A stretch of DNA of 63,709 nt, filler included, from Octopus bimaculoides (GCF_001194135.2; 5 parts of 5 records of this genome joined end to end with filler, not necessarily neighbours in it), one strand, 5' to 3'. Shown: positions 48,756 to 62,449, counted from the whole stretch's first letter. Numbers and translations are program-made. Notes: generated by a model from the letters alone, not told the origin.

Positions 48756-49431
48756 NNNNNNNNNNNNNNNNNNNNNNNNNNNNNNNNNNNNNNNNNNNNA
48801 TATATATATATATATATAAATATATACCCTATAATGTCTTTTTTTACTTCGTTTAGTCTTCGTCAATCTGAGACATTAAGTTGAGCGATGTAGTGGTTCG
48901 AATTGTGCTATGCTACGTGAGCGTAAACAAATCAACACTAATTGTGAAGTGATGAGATACAAGCACAATGACAACCACATGCACACAAATACATACATAC
49001 ATACATACATACACACGTACAGATACCCTCACGTATTCATACCGTATGTTTCGGTGTACAGACGAATTCTCGCCTACGACAACCCCCTACTATTTTGTAG
49101 AATGAAGTATATTTTGAGAAAGAAAAACAACGCATGTGGTACATGGCACTTCCTTGCTTCTTTTTGTTTTTATTACATTTAAGAATAAAAAGCGCAATAC
49201 ACCGGTGTATATGGTATATAGTTTTATTTCATAGGGTTCATGTTGTAGCAAAGACACTCTGCTTTCGTTTATTCGTCATAACTCGTTTAGATTAACTATC
49301 TACAAATTAACGAAAAAAGATTTCCTTCGATAAAAAGTTTATTTTGTAAAATATAAATATTTGCTCTACTTTTGTATTTCACAAGTCAGCATTGTCGTCG
49401 CTGGATATACATACGCACAGACACACAGACA

Positions 49432-49501
<70 letters not shown>

Positions 49502-49799
49502 TACATATATATATATATATATACATATATANNNNNNNNNNNNNNNNNNNNNNNNNNNNNNNNNNNNNNNNNNNNNNNNNNNNNNNNNNNNNNNNNNNNN
49601 NNNNNNNNNNNNNNNNNNNNNNNNNNNNNNNNNNNNNNNNNNNNNNNNNNNNNNNNNNNNNNNNNNNNNNNNNNNNNNNNNNNNNNNNNNNATATATATT
49701 CATACATATATATATATATACAAGTGAGTACATACATACATGCATACATACATACATGCATACATACATACATACATCATAATCTCTCTCGGACAATAC

Positions 49800-50230
49800 T
49801 ACAGTCCCTTCTTCAGACAACACTATAGTGCTTCTGAGTCAGGTTTGCTAAACAACAGCAGAAATTATAATTACATCAACTACGTGTTGAAAAATGAAGA
49901 GAGGAATATCCTTTGCGAGCTCCTCGGTAAGAATTCACTTCCTGATGACCTTGCATACAACCCCAAAACGGTCAGGATAACATACCTCAAATATACCTGG
50001 ATATGAAACGCTAATCATACCAAAATAGATATGGCTGGTTATGTTTCGGGGAGACTTGTTGAAGACAGCAACATTGACGTGAAGCGAAGCTTCTCTTTGA
50101 CTCGTTATCGCTCCATTAACATCGAAGACTATGCATTTGCAGTACAATATCAGAGGATTGCTGTTAAATACCTAATAAACAAAAGAGATACTGAAGCCCT
50201 TGGAGTTCCAAGATGCAACTGTAAACGTAG
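49800..50230 (+). mobile_element. R4/Dong-like LINE C-terminal fragment
   Basis: ORF 50031-50261 GYVSGRLVEDSNIDVKRSF...EDYAFAVQYQRIAVKYLINKR...PRCNC resembles the HG.+.R...+D...S..W...E....A+Q+Q...KY...CR.C region before the zinc knuckle. Confidence 0.5.
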
Positions 50231-51143
50231 TTTATGTTATATTTATGTGGAAGACATGTGATTCACACCTGCTCAAAAATGTCAACAAAATGTCAGTTGT
50301 CCTGCTGAGGTGAATATCTCTTAGGAAATCAATGAGATATATGATAACATATGGACAACTGCTTCGAAATTGCCAGCTTTTATATCTACATTATAAATTC
50401 ACATTCATATCAATAATAATTGGTGATCTTGGCTTTGTGTGTAAAATGCCTAAACGACAATCCGGATAAGTTAGGCTTTTAGGAATTAGAAATCAACTAC
50501 CTTGCACATTACAAATACAACCTGTGAGTGGAACACTAAAAATATGCAAAACTTTTCTCAGATTTAATATGCGACATTGTTTTTGTTATCTACATTCCAA
50601 CAACGCAGCTTTGTATATTTATTAGAAACTAGTTCCTTCCTCAGAGAGAGAATTTAAATAATTACAAATAGGAGGGGGACATACATACATACATACATAC
50701 ATACATACGACAATTTACTGCGCAAAAATATATTTATATATGCAAAACACCATTCATTGAACACCTTTTATTCTGCTTTATATTAACGTTTTAACTTATA
50801 AACATATATTATTTATCTTTTTTCCCTGCGTTGTTTTTAGCTTTCACTATCATATAATATTTAAACTCCATACGTACCGTCTTACGATGTGTATTAATGT
50901 TTTTATGGATGTTCGTATATATGTTTGCATGTACATATACATGGGCGTACGTATGAATGCTTTCATGTATGTATGTTGTGTGTGTGTATGCGTATATACA
51001 ATGCTATACAACATACGGAAATTTATTGCTATAGGAAATAATTTATATTTCAAATATATTACCGCTAGACGTAAAACTTGTCTAATTTTCCTTAATAATA
51101 TTAGTATTAATATACACTTGACGTTGTGGCAATATATATACAT

Positions 51144-51204
<61 letters not shown>

Positions 51205-51629
51205 CATATAACAGGTAATGAAGTTATCTATTTCGACTGTCAGGGAAATATTCAAGATAAGAATAACTAATATATATGCAGTGTACGTGAATGCTAATGG
51301 GGTTAATTTAACAAGATATTATACATTATATTCTACAAAGATTTGTAACACAATTTAGCAATATATATATATATATCTATTTGATCAATTTAAACTTCTG
51401 TGTAAACCTAGTAAGCAACTGTAATAAAATAAATCACAAAACCTAGAAAAAGGGGTAATTAGGAGAAAGTACAGAAAACAAAGAATGAAATTATATTTTT
51501 GCTCAATTCTTTTCTAGCCTACATGAATTGGAAGAATTTATTTATTGGTGGAGTCTTAAAAATAAACTGAACCTCCAGCCTTGATGGTTTATTTACGAAC
51601 ATTTTTAAAATCTCCTTTTTCAAAATTTG

Positions 51630-51820
51630 TTAAATGCTTAGCGGCATTTGGTCCGTCTTTATGTTGCAACTTCAAATTCCGCCGAGTTGACTTTGTCTTT
51701 CATCCTTTCGGAGTCGATAAAATAAAAACCAGTTGATCACGGTGATCAATGTTATCGACGTTATCGATTTTGCCGTTTCCCCCGAAATAGTTGGCCTTGT
51801 CCCCAAATTTGAAACAATAT
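51630..51820 (+). mobile_element. tRNA-SINE copy (CpGs largely retained)
   Basis: aaatgcttagcggcatttgg...caaattccgccgagttgactttgtctttcatcctttcggagtcgataaa. Confidence 0.8.
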
Positions 51821-52049
51821 TTTCTCCAACTTTGCCTATGTTTTTTTTGGAATGCTTTGATTTGTGAAAGATTTTCAATCTAGGCGACATGTATAATTTC
51901 TTTTTCCGCTCCTCATTTTATTTTCTTTAATTTATTTCCTGTTCCCCTTAATAACTATTTGTCTAGTTACCCAAATAATTGTCAGTTGCTTATTAGTTTC
52001 CACTAAATAATTATCTATTTTTCTAATTTAATTTTTAATTTAACCCCTT

Positions 52050-52950
52050 TATCGTGATCGAAGTGTTTGATAATCTGTGTCGTTTGGCAGAATTTTAGGA
52101 TGTTACCATAATCTACCTCTCTGCAGCCACTATTATAAAACCATGATGCTATCTGAAGCTCAAACTTCTATTATCATTTCGAAAGCTATGCCCTAGTTCA
52201 CTCTATGAGTGTGGTCCATGTCTATATATAATCCAGTTGTGAACCCAATTTGATTGCCTGATATAGTTATTGAATTCATTTGCTTCTTATTTGGATCTTT
52301 TTTATTCATCTTTTGAAATATTTTTATTGTTCCTCCCATAAAGCAGGCACACATCATACTGCCTTCTTTTCTGATTGAACTGACTGCTTTGCAGTTTACA
52401 CTTCCTAGACGCTTCTGTTAGTAATAGAACAGGGTTAGATTTGTTTCATGAAATGTAGCTATCTTAGATCGAGAGCTTAAACAACGTAATGTAGCTCTCC
52501 CCATTTAAATAGGAAATTTTTCGATAGCTTGAAGCTTTATAGAACTCGTATTTCCCCATATATAACTACCTCAGAAAAACTGAGCATTAATAGTGTACAA
52601 TTTTAAGTGTTTATATATTAGACGGGGATATTTCTTTGATATCCCTTTGTATGGTGTGCTATATTGGGCTTGTCTTTTTTCTAATGAAAACTTGAGATGA
52701 GTTTACCATTTCAAATCGAACGATATTTAAATCCCGGAAATCTTTATCGTGTTCGTTATGCAAAGTTTGTATCTTCTTTATTAAACGTATTTCATTACAT
52801 TAACAATTTAAAGCTTCTTAGTAACGGAAATAAATTAATTTTGCTTTTAAAGGGATAAATTGTCAATCATCATTTTTGGCCCATTTAATGAAAGACATTT
52901 TCAAAATTTCACGTAATGAATTCAACAAGTTAGTTGTATAAACAAAGAAA
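52050..52950 (-). mobile_element. Highly decayed RTE-like RT fragment
   Basis: The minus strand gives NQIGFTTG...MDHTH and a D-Y...F-D motif (like EQ.GFR.G.ST.DHI...DY.KAFD). Confidence 0.5.
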
Positions 52951-54077
52951 ATGGAGTTAACTGGAAACGTCAGTGAGATACTTTGGAAAAGGAATATTAT
53001 TTCACTTTTATCATTACCTAGAACCAAATTGGACTACGATGTATGTGAAAGTTAGCAAATATAGTTGGAGCTTTAATAATGGTATATTAAAATTAGAGTG
53101 ACGTGCATTGTTGCATACTCCTTTTATATCAGATTTTTTTTTTTTTTGTTAGTACTAACAAGTTACCAATGAATGTAGTTATTTCATGCAAACAATTCCC
53201 ATAGTCGTTGTTCATACGGAATCCGAACTGAAATATGAAATATTCTTTGTCTCCACTAAGTAGAATAGTCTGTATTCATTATATTGTTAGCAAAGTTATA
53301 GATCGATATGATGTGCTTTATTAGTAATTGTCACTTGTCTATGTTTGTTTTATGCATTATTAAAGTATGAGGTTATTTTTACACGCCTAGGTGTTGTTGA
53401 AATTTAATATATTGTTAAATAAATTTAATGCACTTTCTGATATTGCACGCCATGTTTTATTAAGGATTAAATCAGATATTTACTGTAGAGTTACAACTCT
53501 CCCCTCATTTAATTCATCCGTAGCTGAGAATAACTCTTGTATAATAAAGGCGGAAAAATCTATATTTTGATCGGGAGGAATATGAACTTAGTAAAAAATC
53601 AAAATCTATATCATCAATATCATTATACTTCACGTATATATATATATATNNNNNNNNNNNNNNNNNNNNNNNNNNNNNNNNNNNNNNNNNNNNNNNNNNN
53701 NNNNNNNNNNNNNNNNNNNNNNNNNNNNNNNNNNNNNNNNNNNNNNNNNNNNNNNNNNNNNNNNNNNNNNNNNNNNNNNNNNNNNNNNNNNNNNNNNNNN
53801 NNNNNNNNNNNNNNNNNNNNNNNNNNNNNNNNNNNNNNNNNNNNNNNNNNNNNNNNNNNNNNNNNNNNNNNNNNNNNNNNNNNNNNNNNNNNNNNNNNNN
53901 NNNNNNNNNNNNNNNNNNNNNNNNNNNNNNNNNNNNNNNNNNNNNNNNNNNNNNNNNNNNNNNNNNNNNNNNNNNNNNNNNNNNNNNNNNNNNNNNNNNN
54001 NNNNNNNNNNNNNNNNNNNNNNNNNNNNNNNNNNNNNNNNNNNNNNATATATATATATATATATATACATATATACG

Positions 54078-54236
54078 ACGGGCTTCTTTCAGTTTCCATC
54101 TACCAAATCCACTCGCAAGACTCCGGTCGGCCCGAGGCTATAGTAGAAGACACTTGCCCAAGGTGCCACGCAGTGGGACTGAACCCGGAACCATGTGGTT
54201 GGTAAGCAAGCTACTGAACACACAGCCACTCCTGCA
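54078..54236 (-). mobile_element. tRNA-derived SINE, second family
   Basis: Reverse complement gcaggagtggctgtgtg...ggttccgggttcagtcccactgcgtggcaccttgggcaagtgtcttctactatagcctcgggccgacc, with a B-box-like GGGTTCAGTCCC. Confidence 0.8.
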
Positions 54237-54772
54237 CCTATATGTATATATATATGTTTGTGTGTGTGTGTTTTTAGCCCCTTGTGGGCAATAAGGAAAC
54301 AAAAATTCTGCGAACCGATCATGCCTTCTCGTCTACATCATTGCACACATATCTACTTAGTGATTTATTTGTCACTAAGACAGCAAGCCATGTGACGTCT
54401 ATGCTTCGCTGAGGAGATCTAATGCATCCAAAATTATCTCACATCTGAAATTATTAAAATAATATAGGACATGGATAAAACACTGCTTTTTTGTCATTAC
54501 ATAATTATCTAATATTTGATGTTCACTATACTGAATACGTTATTAGCAAGTTATCTTTTATTTAGTATGCTGATTGCATTTTGGCTTTATTAATTGCAGC
54601 GATTTTAAAAGACAATGAGTTTACAATGAAAGTGAACTATGTCCTAGTAGTTCAATTCGTACTTCTGACGTATTTTAATGTGTTCGTTAATTTATTTAAT
54701 GAGTAAAGTTTAAATTATACATTTAAATTCAATGCCAGAAAAATACTGTCATACAAACCAAATTTGAAGGTA

Positions 54773-55049
54773 TATGTGGTTTGATCAGTAAGTATCCGCA
54801 CTGTTGCCATAGTAACGAAGCTGAAGCCATCAAAGTGAAGCTGTTTGAGAAAGATTGACCTTGAACTCTGCTGTGCATGCGCATTAAGTTTTAATGTTCT
54901 AACTTACTTCCGTTGTTTACAGCAGTGCTTGGAAGGAAGGCGTGTAGCGTGTGATCGTCGCATTGAAAATGACAGAGAATGTTGAGCAGAAAATCTGCAT
55001 CAAATTTTGCCAAAAGCTTGGCGATACCTGCTCAGAGGCCTTCGCAAAG
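54773..55049 (+). mobile_element. Mariner 5' end (TIR, leader and first codons of transposase)
   Basis: TA+TGTGGTTTGATCAGTAAGTATCC TIR-like end. ATG at ~54969 gives MTENVEQKICIKFCQKLGDTCSEAFAK. Confidence 0.8.
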
Positions 55050-55500
55050 AGTTTTCATCGTTCTCGACAAAATCGAGCAGATCTTGTGCAACTGAAACTG
55101 AAGTGTCTTTTTGGTTAGCTGAAAGCAGTTTTGGTACAAATTTGGCAGGCACGCGTCTCATGCCCAAATCGTCAGTGATAATGGACTAAAGTGAACCGTA
55201 ACTAATCTACACATCATCTGATAACTCACGGATAGTGATATGACGATTTTCCCATACAGCTGCACGCATATCTGCAATGTTTTTCTCAGTTTTGCCAGTT
55301 GCGGATCTCCCAGTACGTTCATCACTCTCGACATTTTTCCGACCATCTTGGAAACGTCTGAACCACACGTACACTTGTGTCCAGCTCATACACTCCTCTC
55401 CATACACTTTCGGCAACTTTTATAGGCCTCTGAGTACGTATTGTCGTATCAACTTCGTCTGGTCAATGCGATGATCACACGCTACACACCTTCCTTCCAC
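55050..55500 (-). mobile_element. Mariner N-terminal fragment, inverted and abutting the previous one
   Basis: ORF 55207-55416 KVYGEECMSWTQVYVWFRRFQDGRKNVESDERTGRS...ITIRELSDDV, continuing as DDLGMRRVPAKFVPKLL...DFVENDEN. Confidence 0.85.
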
Positions 55501-55564
55501 GACTAACCTCCTCCCCCGAACTTCCTGGCCTTGTGCCAAAATTTGAAAGCATTATTAATTCCCA

Positions 55565-55735
55565 TAAAGACAGCAAGCTGGCAGAATAGTCAGCACTTTC
55601 GGCAAAATGCTTAGCAGCATTTCATCCGCCATCACCTTCTGACGTCAAATTCCACCAAGGTCGACTTTACCTTTGATCTTTTCAGTCGATGAAATAAATA
55701 TCATTCGTGGACTAGAGTCGGTGAAATCGAGTTAG
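55565..55735 (+). mobile_element. tRNA-SINE copy
   Basis: caagctggcagaatag...aaatgcttagcagcatttc...caaattccaccaaggtcgactttacc. Confidence 0.7.
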
Positions 55736-56008
55736 AAAAGAAAATTTTAGTCCCATATTAAACCTGTTCCAGCTTATCTATTATTAAATTCATTCCTATC
55801 GTAGCCATCTTGATATTGTTTTTTATACTTTAGATAAAATATTCAGAATTATATAATTGAATGTCTTTCTATTATTGTAGATTCTAAGCCACGATTGGAA
55901 AGAGATTAATCTCTTATTCTAAGCAAGTCTAACGCGTCAATGAGATAGTGACCATTTTATTGCACAAGTTGTATCACAATTAACGTTGTAACTAGTAGTG
56001 CACTAATT

Positions 56009-56047
<39 letters not shown>

Positions 56048-56092
56048 ANNNNNNNNNNNNNNNNNNNNNNNNNNNNNNNNNNNNNNNNNNNN

Positions 56093-56104
56093 TTAATTAA
56101 TTAA
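56093..56104. other. Assembly join marker TTAATTAATTAA
   Basis: 12-mer embedded in an N run. Confidence 0.9.
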
Positions 56105-56148
56105 NNNNNNNNNNNNNNNNNNNNNNNNNNNNNNNNNNNNNNNNNNNN

Positions 56149-56204
<56 letters not shown>

Positions 56205-56644
56205 CTGTGCGTGTGTGTTTCTGTAGGCTATTTAATTCATTGAATGGCATAAATTGTTTCCTTAACGTGTATAGTTTACGCATACACATACCAGTATGTA
56301 TGTATGTATGTATGTATTATGTATGTGTGCATACGACTACCCATGCATGTATACATACATCCATTTTAAGCTTGTAATCTTTATCATCTCTCCTAAAACT
56401 AATTACATACCATCAATTTTATTGACCCTCTCTTCTCTGATTTTCTATTCATAAAAGAGAATTCTCTTTGTAGCTCTATTCAGTTTACTGTATTATAAGT
56501 GTCTTTATTGAGGAATGCATTGGCTTACTTTTCAAGAAATCTAGTACAACTGATAACCTATCTCCTAGTTGTTAATACTAATTACAAACTTTAAAATTTT
56601 TATATAATATTTTAGTCAGCGACTTGTCATTCATGCAAGACGTT

Positions 56645-56858
56645 AAAGGCCGCGAAGCTGGCAGAAACGTTTGCACGCCGGGCGAAATGCTTAACGGTAT
56701 TTGGTCTGTCTTTATGTTCTGAGTTCAAACTCCGTCGAGGTTGACTTTTTTTGCTTTTCATCCTTCCGGGGTTGATAAATTAAGCACCAATTGCGTACTG
56801 GGGTCGATCTAATCGATTAGCGCCCTCCCCCAAAATTTCGGGCCTTGTGCCTAGAGTA
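56645..56858 (+). mobile_element. Near full-length tRNA-SINE copy (CpG-rich)
   Basis: aaggccgcgaagctggcagaaacgtttgcacgccgggcgaaatgc...ctgagttcaaactccgtcgaggttgac...gggccttgtgcctagag. Confidence 0.85.
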
Positions 56859-57052
56859 AAATTAATTCAAGACGTTTTATTAAAAACATAATGCACATGA
56901 ATCACTGATCAAGCCTCTCTATTTCATCGCTTAGCGTTTCAGATACAGAAGTGACATTCTATTCATACAATACTCTACCGTCATAAATATTTTGCTTATT
57001 GGGTATTAAAACTAATGTCAGAAAATAAGATGCGATAAAATGACTTGAACGC

Positions 57053-58472
57053 CTTAATGTGTTGGGAGTTACAGAAGAAAAGGAAAGAAAGAATATCAAA
57101 AGCTTCCCTAAGAATTGTAGTGCGTTCAATACACGATTTATGAATATGATCATGTTTATCAAAGAACGTGGTCGGCTCCATGAGACGTACGGTGGAAGGA
57201 AAGACTATTAAAGTAGAAACACATCTCAGGAAGGAGAAAACGAGAATTAGCAAAAAAAAATGCACCATTCGATTAGCAACGTTAAGAGGAGGTGCCAGAG
57301 AAGGAAGTCCGGCAGAACAATGACTATGGGAGTTTTTAGAGAAGAGAAATATTTTTTTAAATGTAATTTCGTGACAATGAGGGAGGAGTTGAAGTAAAGC
57401 TCCTTAACAAGACCAATAATCTAACAAACTCGCTTTTCAACATGTTTTAAGAGAGAAAGAACACAAGGAAGGGTACCACCCTAAATGAGGTAATAATATT
57501 TCATACAAAGGTAAATATGAGATTGGTAAGAAAGGGAGAATACATTCAGTGAAAAGTTCATGATGAGCTTGGTATAGCGGCTGATTTATATAATTATTCT
57601 TAGAATGATTATATAATCTAATATGATGATTCCTAGAAGGACATTTAGAAAACGATAAAACGAAAAGACAAAGACTAGAAATGGGAATACCATTCTAGCT
57701 CTTGTAAGGATTAATAGAAAGTAGTTTAGTTTTTGCAGAGTTGAAAGTCACCAACCGCCGAGTACGGTTGAGTAAGGATGATTAAATGGTGTCTGAAATC
57801 ATTGTCAGTGTTTGCATACACAACAATTCCCGGTCGAAAGTCTACTTGATGTTTTACTTATAGTTGCCTTACTGCATTTCTCTTGGCAATTTCTAAATAT
57901 CCATCTTGGAAAGATCGATTGCTAAATGAACCGCTATACCAAGCTCATCATTAACTTTTCACTGAATGTATTCTTTCTTACCAATCTCTTATTTGCCATT
58001 GTATGAAATATTATTGCTTCATTTAGGTTGATACCCTTCCTTGTGTTCTTTATCACTTAAAACATGTTGAAAAGCGAGTTTGTTAGATTATTGGTCTTGT
58101 TTACGTAGTTTTACTTCAACCCCTCTCTCATTGCCGCAAAATTACATTTGTTTTTATCTCTCTTCTATAAAATCTTCCATAGTCGTTGTTCTACAGGTTT
58201 TCCTTCTCTTGTACTGCCTCTTAACGTTACTAAGCCTTTTTTTGCTAATTCCCATCATTCCTCTCTCGTCGCCTCCCGTATGAAGTATAAGATGTGTTTC
58301 TACTTTAATGGTATCTTTCCTTCCAGCATACACCTCATGAAACCTACCTCGTTCTTGTTTCTTTGATAAACATGATCATGTTTATAAAGCGTGCGTTGAT
58401 CGCTTTATGAATTTTAGGGAAGCTTCTTATATTCTTTCCTTCCTTTTCTTCTGTAACTCCCAACACATTAAG
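57053..58472. repeat. Large fold-back: ~530-bp arms (57053-57580 and 57931-58472) with ~350-bp spacer
   Basis: Collinear complementary blocks run throughout, e.g. cttaatgtgttgggagttacagaag / cttctgtaactcccaacacattaag, aacaagaccaataatctaacaaactcgcttttcaacatgtttt / its complement, and gatgagcttggtatagcgg / ccgctataccaagctcatc. Confidence 0.92.
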
Positions 58473-58614
58473 TTGTTATTTGACATTCGTTTCGTTGCTT
58501 ATAGCTTTACTGGGAGTGACTTACAATGAAAAAAAAAAGTAGCTACAGTGTGTTTTATGTGTGCGTGTGTGTGTATTTATATATGTATGTATGTGTGTGC
58601 GTGTATATAGGAGG

Positions 58615-58688
58615 AAGAAGAAGAAAAGGACGATGATGGTGAAGATAACGATGACGGCGACGAGTTGTACACAGCAGCAGCGGCAGCG

Positions 58689-58759
<71 letters not shown>

Positions 58760-58786
58760 GGTGGTGGTGGTGGTGGTGGTGGTATC

Positions 58787-58820
<34 letters not shown>

Positions 58821-58835
58821 GCAGCAGCAGCAGTA
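58615..58835. repeat. Compound trinucleotide microsatellite (GCA/GTA/GTG)n
   Basis: Direct reading. Confidence 0.9.
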
Positions 58836-59368
58836 AGTATAAGGAGGAGAAGGTAGATTAGAAGGAGCACTGAATGTTAATGGCATTGATGATACCTTTA
58901 GTTTTTCAGTGCATTAGAGTCTTTTACATACATAAAATCGTTATATAAATACCGAAACAAAATCCCACATTTTTGCATCAATGATTGGTTACAACAGTAT
59001 ATAAGAAATAAAGCACGTGTAACATCTGAAATTCCTCATCGACAAATGTCAGGACTTCAGTGGAGGTCGTTAAAGGTTTCACTTTTTGAACTTGCAAGTT
59101 ATGAGGAGCAAGAAGAGAACCATAGCCCCTTGCTGAGGCTGTAATACTATAAATCAGAACGTTTTCCTGACATGTTCCTAAGTGTTCATCGGTCTATTTT
59201 CTCTCATTTTTACTTTTTGTCCCTAAATTTGGGTTTTATATAAGATTATATTAGTTTACGACCACGAGGAAGGTTGACGCGTTGAGTAGACGGTTTTAAA
59301 CAGCCTTCATCTGAAAGCTATACCTTCCAAAAATATCGAATAATTCACAGATACCCATGTATACAATA

Positions 59369-59402
<34 letters not shown>

Positions 59403-59639
59403 NNNNNNNNNNNNNNNNNNNNNNNNNNNNNNNNNNNNNNNNNNNNNNNNNNNNNNNNNNNNNNNNNNNNNNNNNNNNNNNNNNNNNNNNNNNNNNNNNN
59501 NNNNNNNNNNNNNNNNNNNNNNNNNNNNNNNNNNNNNNNNNNNNNNNNNNNNNATATATACTATAATGCATACATATATATAATGTATGTATGTATATAT
59601 ATATATATATATACACACTATAATGCATACATATATATA

Positions 59640-59679
<40 letters not shown>

Positions 59680-59696
59680 TGCATATATACATATAT

Positions 59697-59727
<31 letters not shown>

Positions 59728-59819
59728 CATACATACATACATACATACATACATACATACATACATAGTGTTTGTATGCGTTGTGTTCGTGCGTGTGTAT
59801 GTGTGTTTGTATGTTTTAG

Positions 59820-60030
59820 CTTTCAAATGATACCAGCCTGTTGGCTAGGCGAACATGCCAACATACCCCATGATCGAAAGTCTATTCCGCCGCAGGTTTG
59901 GTCATTTACAGCTGAGGGTACAAGAGCAACGTGATATAAAGTGTTTTGCTCAAGAACACAACAGGTCGCTGGTCCGAGAATTGAACACATGATCTATCGA
60001 CCTCGCAACACTCTAACCACTAGGCCATAC
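59820..60030 (-). mobile_element. Degenerate tRNA-SINE
   Basis: gcaacgtgatataaagtgttttgctcaagaacacaac...gaattgaacac...ctctaaccactaggcc. Confidence 0.6.
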
Positions 60031-60409
60031 ACATTCTCTAGTCACTTGCATTAAATATATTAAATAACAACGAATTTCATTATATATTAACTAGCGTATT
60101 TGTTTAACTACATCTTCTCTGATTAGAGGCACATTTAACAAATATATTTTTAGGATGCAGACATGACTGTGATGAGGTTAACAGTTCATTACACAACTAA
60201 AGAAGACACCTGAGCGATTCCGCAGCATATTGATCAGGTGACGTCTGTCGTGATCTCAGGTCGACCAAAATTTGGTAAATGAAATTAGGTAAACAGAAAT
60301 GGTGAGAGCCCGATCAGATGCATGTATGCATATTTATGTAATATAGATATATGCGTGTCTATGAGTATATATGTGTACATATGTCTAAAGCGTATGTCTA
60401 CCATCGTCA

Positions 60410-60606
60410 CAATGCCTGGAATTTGGAGGGAGGTTGCTGGTCGATTACATAAACCCCCAATGCTTTACTGGTGTTTAATTTATCGACTCCAAAAAGATGA
60501 AATGCAAAGTTGACCTCGGTGAAATTTAAGTCAGAATATAAAGAGGGACGAAACGCCGCTAAGCATTTTATCCGACTTGCTAACGGTTCTGCCAGGTCGC
60601 CGCCTT
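60410..60606 (-). mobile_element. tRNA-SINE copy (main family)
   Basis: Reverse complement aaggcggcgacctggcagaaccgttagcaagtcggataaaatgcttagcggcg...aaatttcaccgaggtcaactttgc. Confidence 0.8.
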
Positions 60607-61477
60607 TGTCTAAGGTGTAAGAACAATAATAAAGAAAGATTGCACAAAGTGAGGACAAGCAAAAAACGTCAGAAACGAATGTACGCTAACCCTCATCAGA
60701 TGATAACAACATATCATCGTAGTTTCGACACAATCTGACAATACTGTTAAATTTTATGCACCAGCAACGTAAGATGTAGGAGTATAGATGACAAAGCCTG
60801 ATAGACGAACAAGGACAGGAAAAGTTGAAACAAGGACAGTAAAAGAGACTACGGGCGGGTTGTGAGGAGAGCGGTTTATAATAGAAAACGGAACTAACGC
60901 AGGAACGTATACATGGAATCTGTTACGATTTGGAATCAAGATTAAGCTGCGTTGTGTAAAGTAATGTTCATAGGTAAGATTGTATACGCTTCGACCTTGA
61001 GATCAAAAATAAAAAGAGAAAGAGGCTCTGAGCATATGTTTGCATGTTTGAATGTATGTACATATGTATGTATTTATATACGTGTGTGGTTGTGTGCGTG
61101 TGTTGTTGCTGTTGTTGTTGTTGTTGTTATTGTTTTTGTTGCTGTTGTTGTGTGTGCGTGTGAATGTGTATGTGACTATTTGAACATTTTTGTTTGTATG
61201 TAACAACATTTCTGGCAGGAACTATATGTGGTATGTGTGTGGGTTTGTGTGAGTTTGTGTGTATGTGTGTCTGTATGTCCGTGGATATGTGTGGCTCCAA
61301 TGAGTTCTGCCTTATTCAATTAGCACCCAGTCGACTTAAGCTTTTGTCTTCTTCCGAGATCGATAATGACGGAAAACAGTAAAAGATGAAGCACACATAA
61401 ACAGGCGTATAAACACACAAACACACACATACAAGTATATACATGCATGCATACATACACACACACACACACACACA

Positions 61478-61538
<61 letters not shown>

Positions 61539-62071
61539 NNNNNNNNNNNNNNNNNNNNNNNNNNNNNNNNNNNNNNNNNNNNNNNNNNNNNNNNNNNNNN
61601 NNNNNNNNNNNNNNNNNNNNNNNNNNNNNNNNNNNNNNNNNNNNNNNNNNNNNNNNNNNNNNNNNNNNNNNNNNNNNNNNNNNNNNNNNNNNNNNNNNNN
61701 NNNNNNNNNNNNNNNNNNNNNNNNNNNNNNNNNNNNNNNNNNNNNNNNNNNNNNNNNNNNNNNNNNNNNNNNNNNNNNNNNNNNNNNNNNNNNNNNNNNN
61801 NNNNNNNNNNNNNNNNNNNNNNNNNNNNNNNNNNNNNNNNNNNNNNNNNNNNNNNNNNNNNNNNNNNNNNNNNNNNNNNNNNNNNNNNNNNNNNNNNNNN
61901 NNNNNNNNNNNNNNNNNNNNNNNNNNNNNNNNNNNNNNNNNNNNTGTGTGTGTTACATAAAGAGGTAGATGAACATCTGTCAACCTCGAGATACCATGGA
62001 TCTCCACCTTGAGAATTTGTATCAGCTGCTATTGGTGGTGCAGCATTTGTTCTAGCTATGTATGTATATGT

Positions 62072-62153
<82 letters not shown>

Positions 62154-62373
62154 ATATGTATAAAAGAAATTACGAAAACACAAGTGTATATCATTTGTTC
62201 CTACGTAAGCATAAGTTTCTAAGTTTCACTACTGTGGCTGTTCGAAAAACTGTATTGGATGTTCCAATTGCAACTGGATGCTTCACCACAATGGATCGTC
62301 ATGTTTTATTGTCACAGAGAACTAGCCTTAGTTTCTGTAACATAAGGGAATAAAGTGTTTACCTGGTGATCTG

Positions 62374-62405
<32 letters not shown>

Positions 62406-62449
62406 NNNNNNNNNNNNNNNNNNNNNNNNNNNNNNNNNNNNNNNNNNNN

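Noticed and set aside
49361-62194. Long ORFs containing X runs (e.g. 53537-54205, 61316-62194)
   Set aside because: They are open only because N gaps and dinucleotide repeats lack stop codons.
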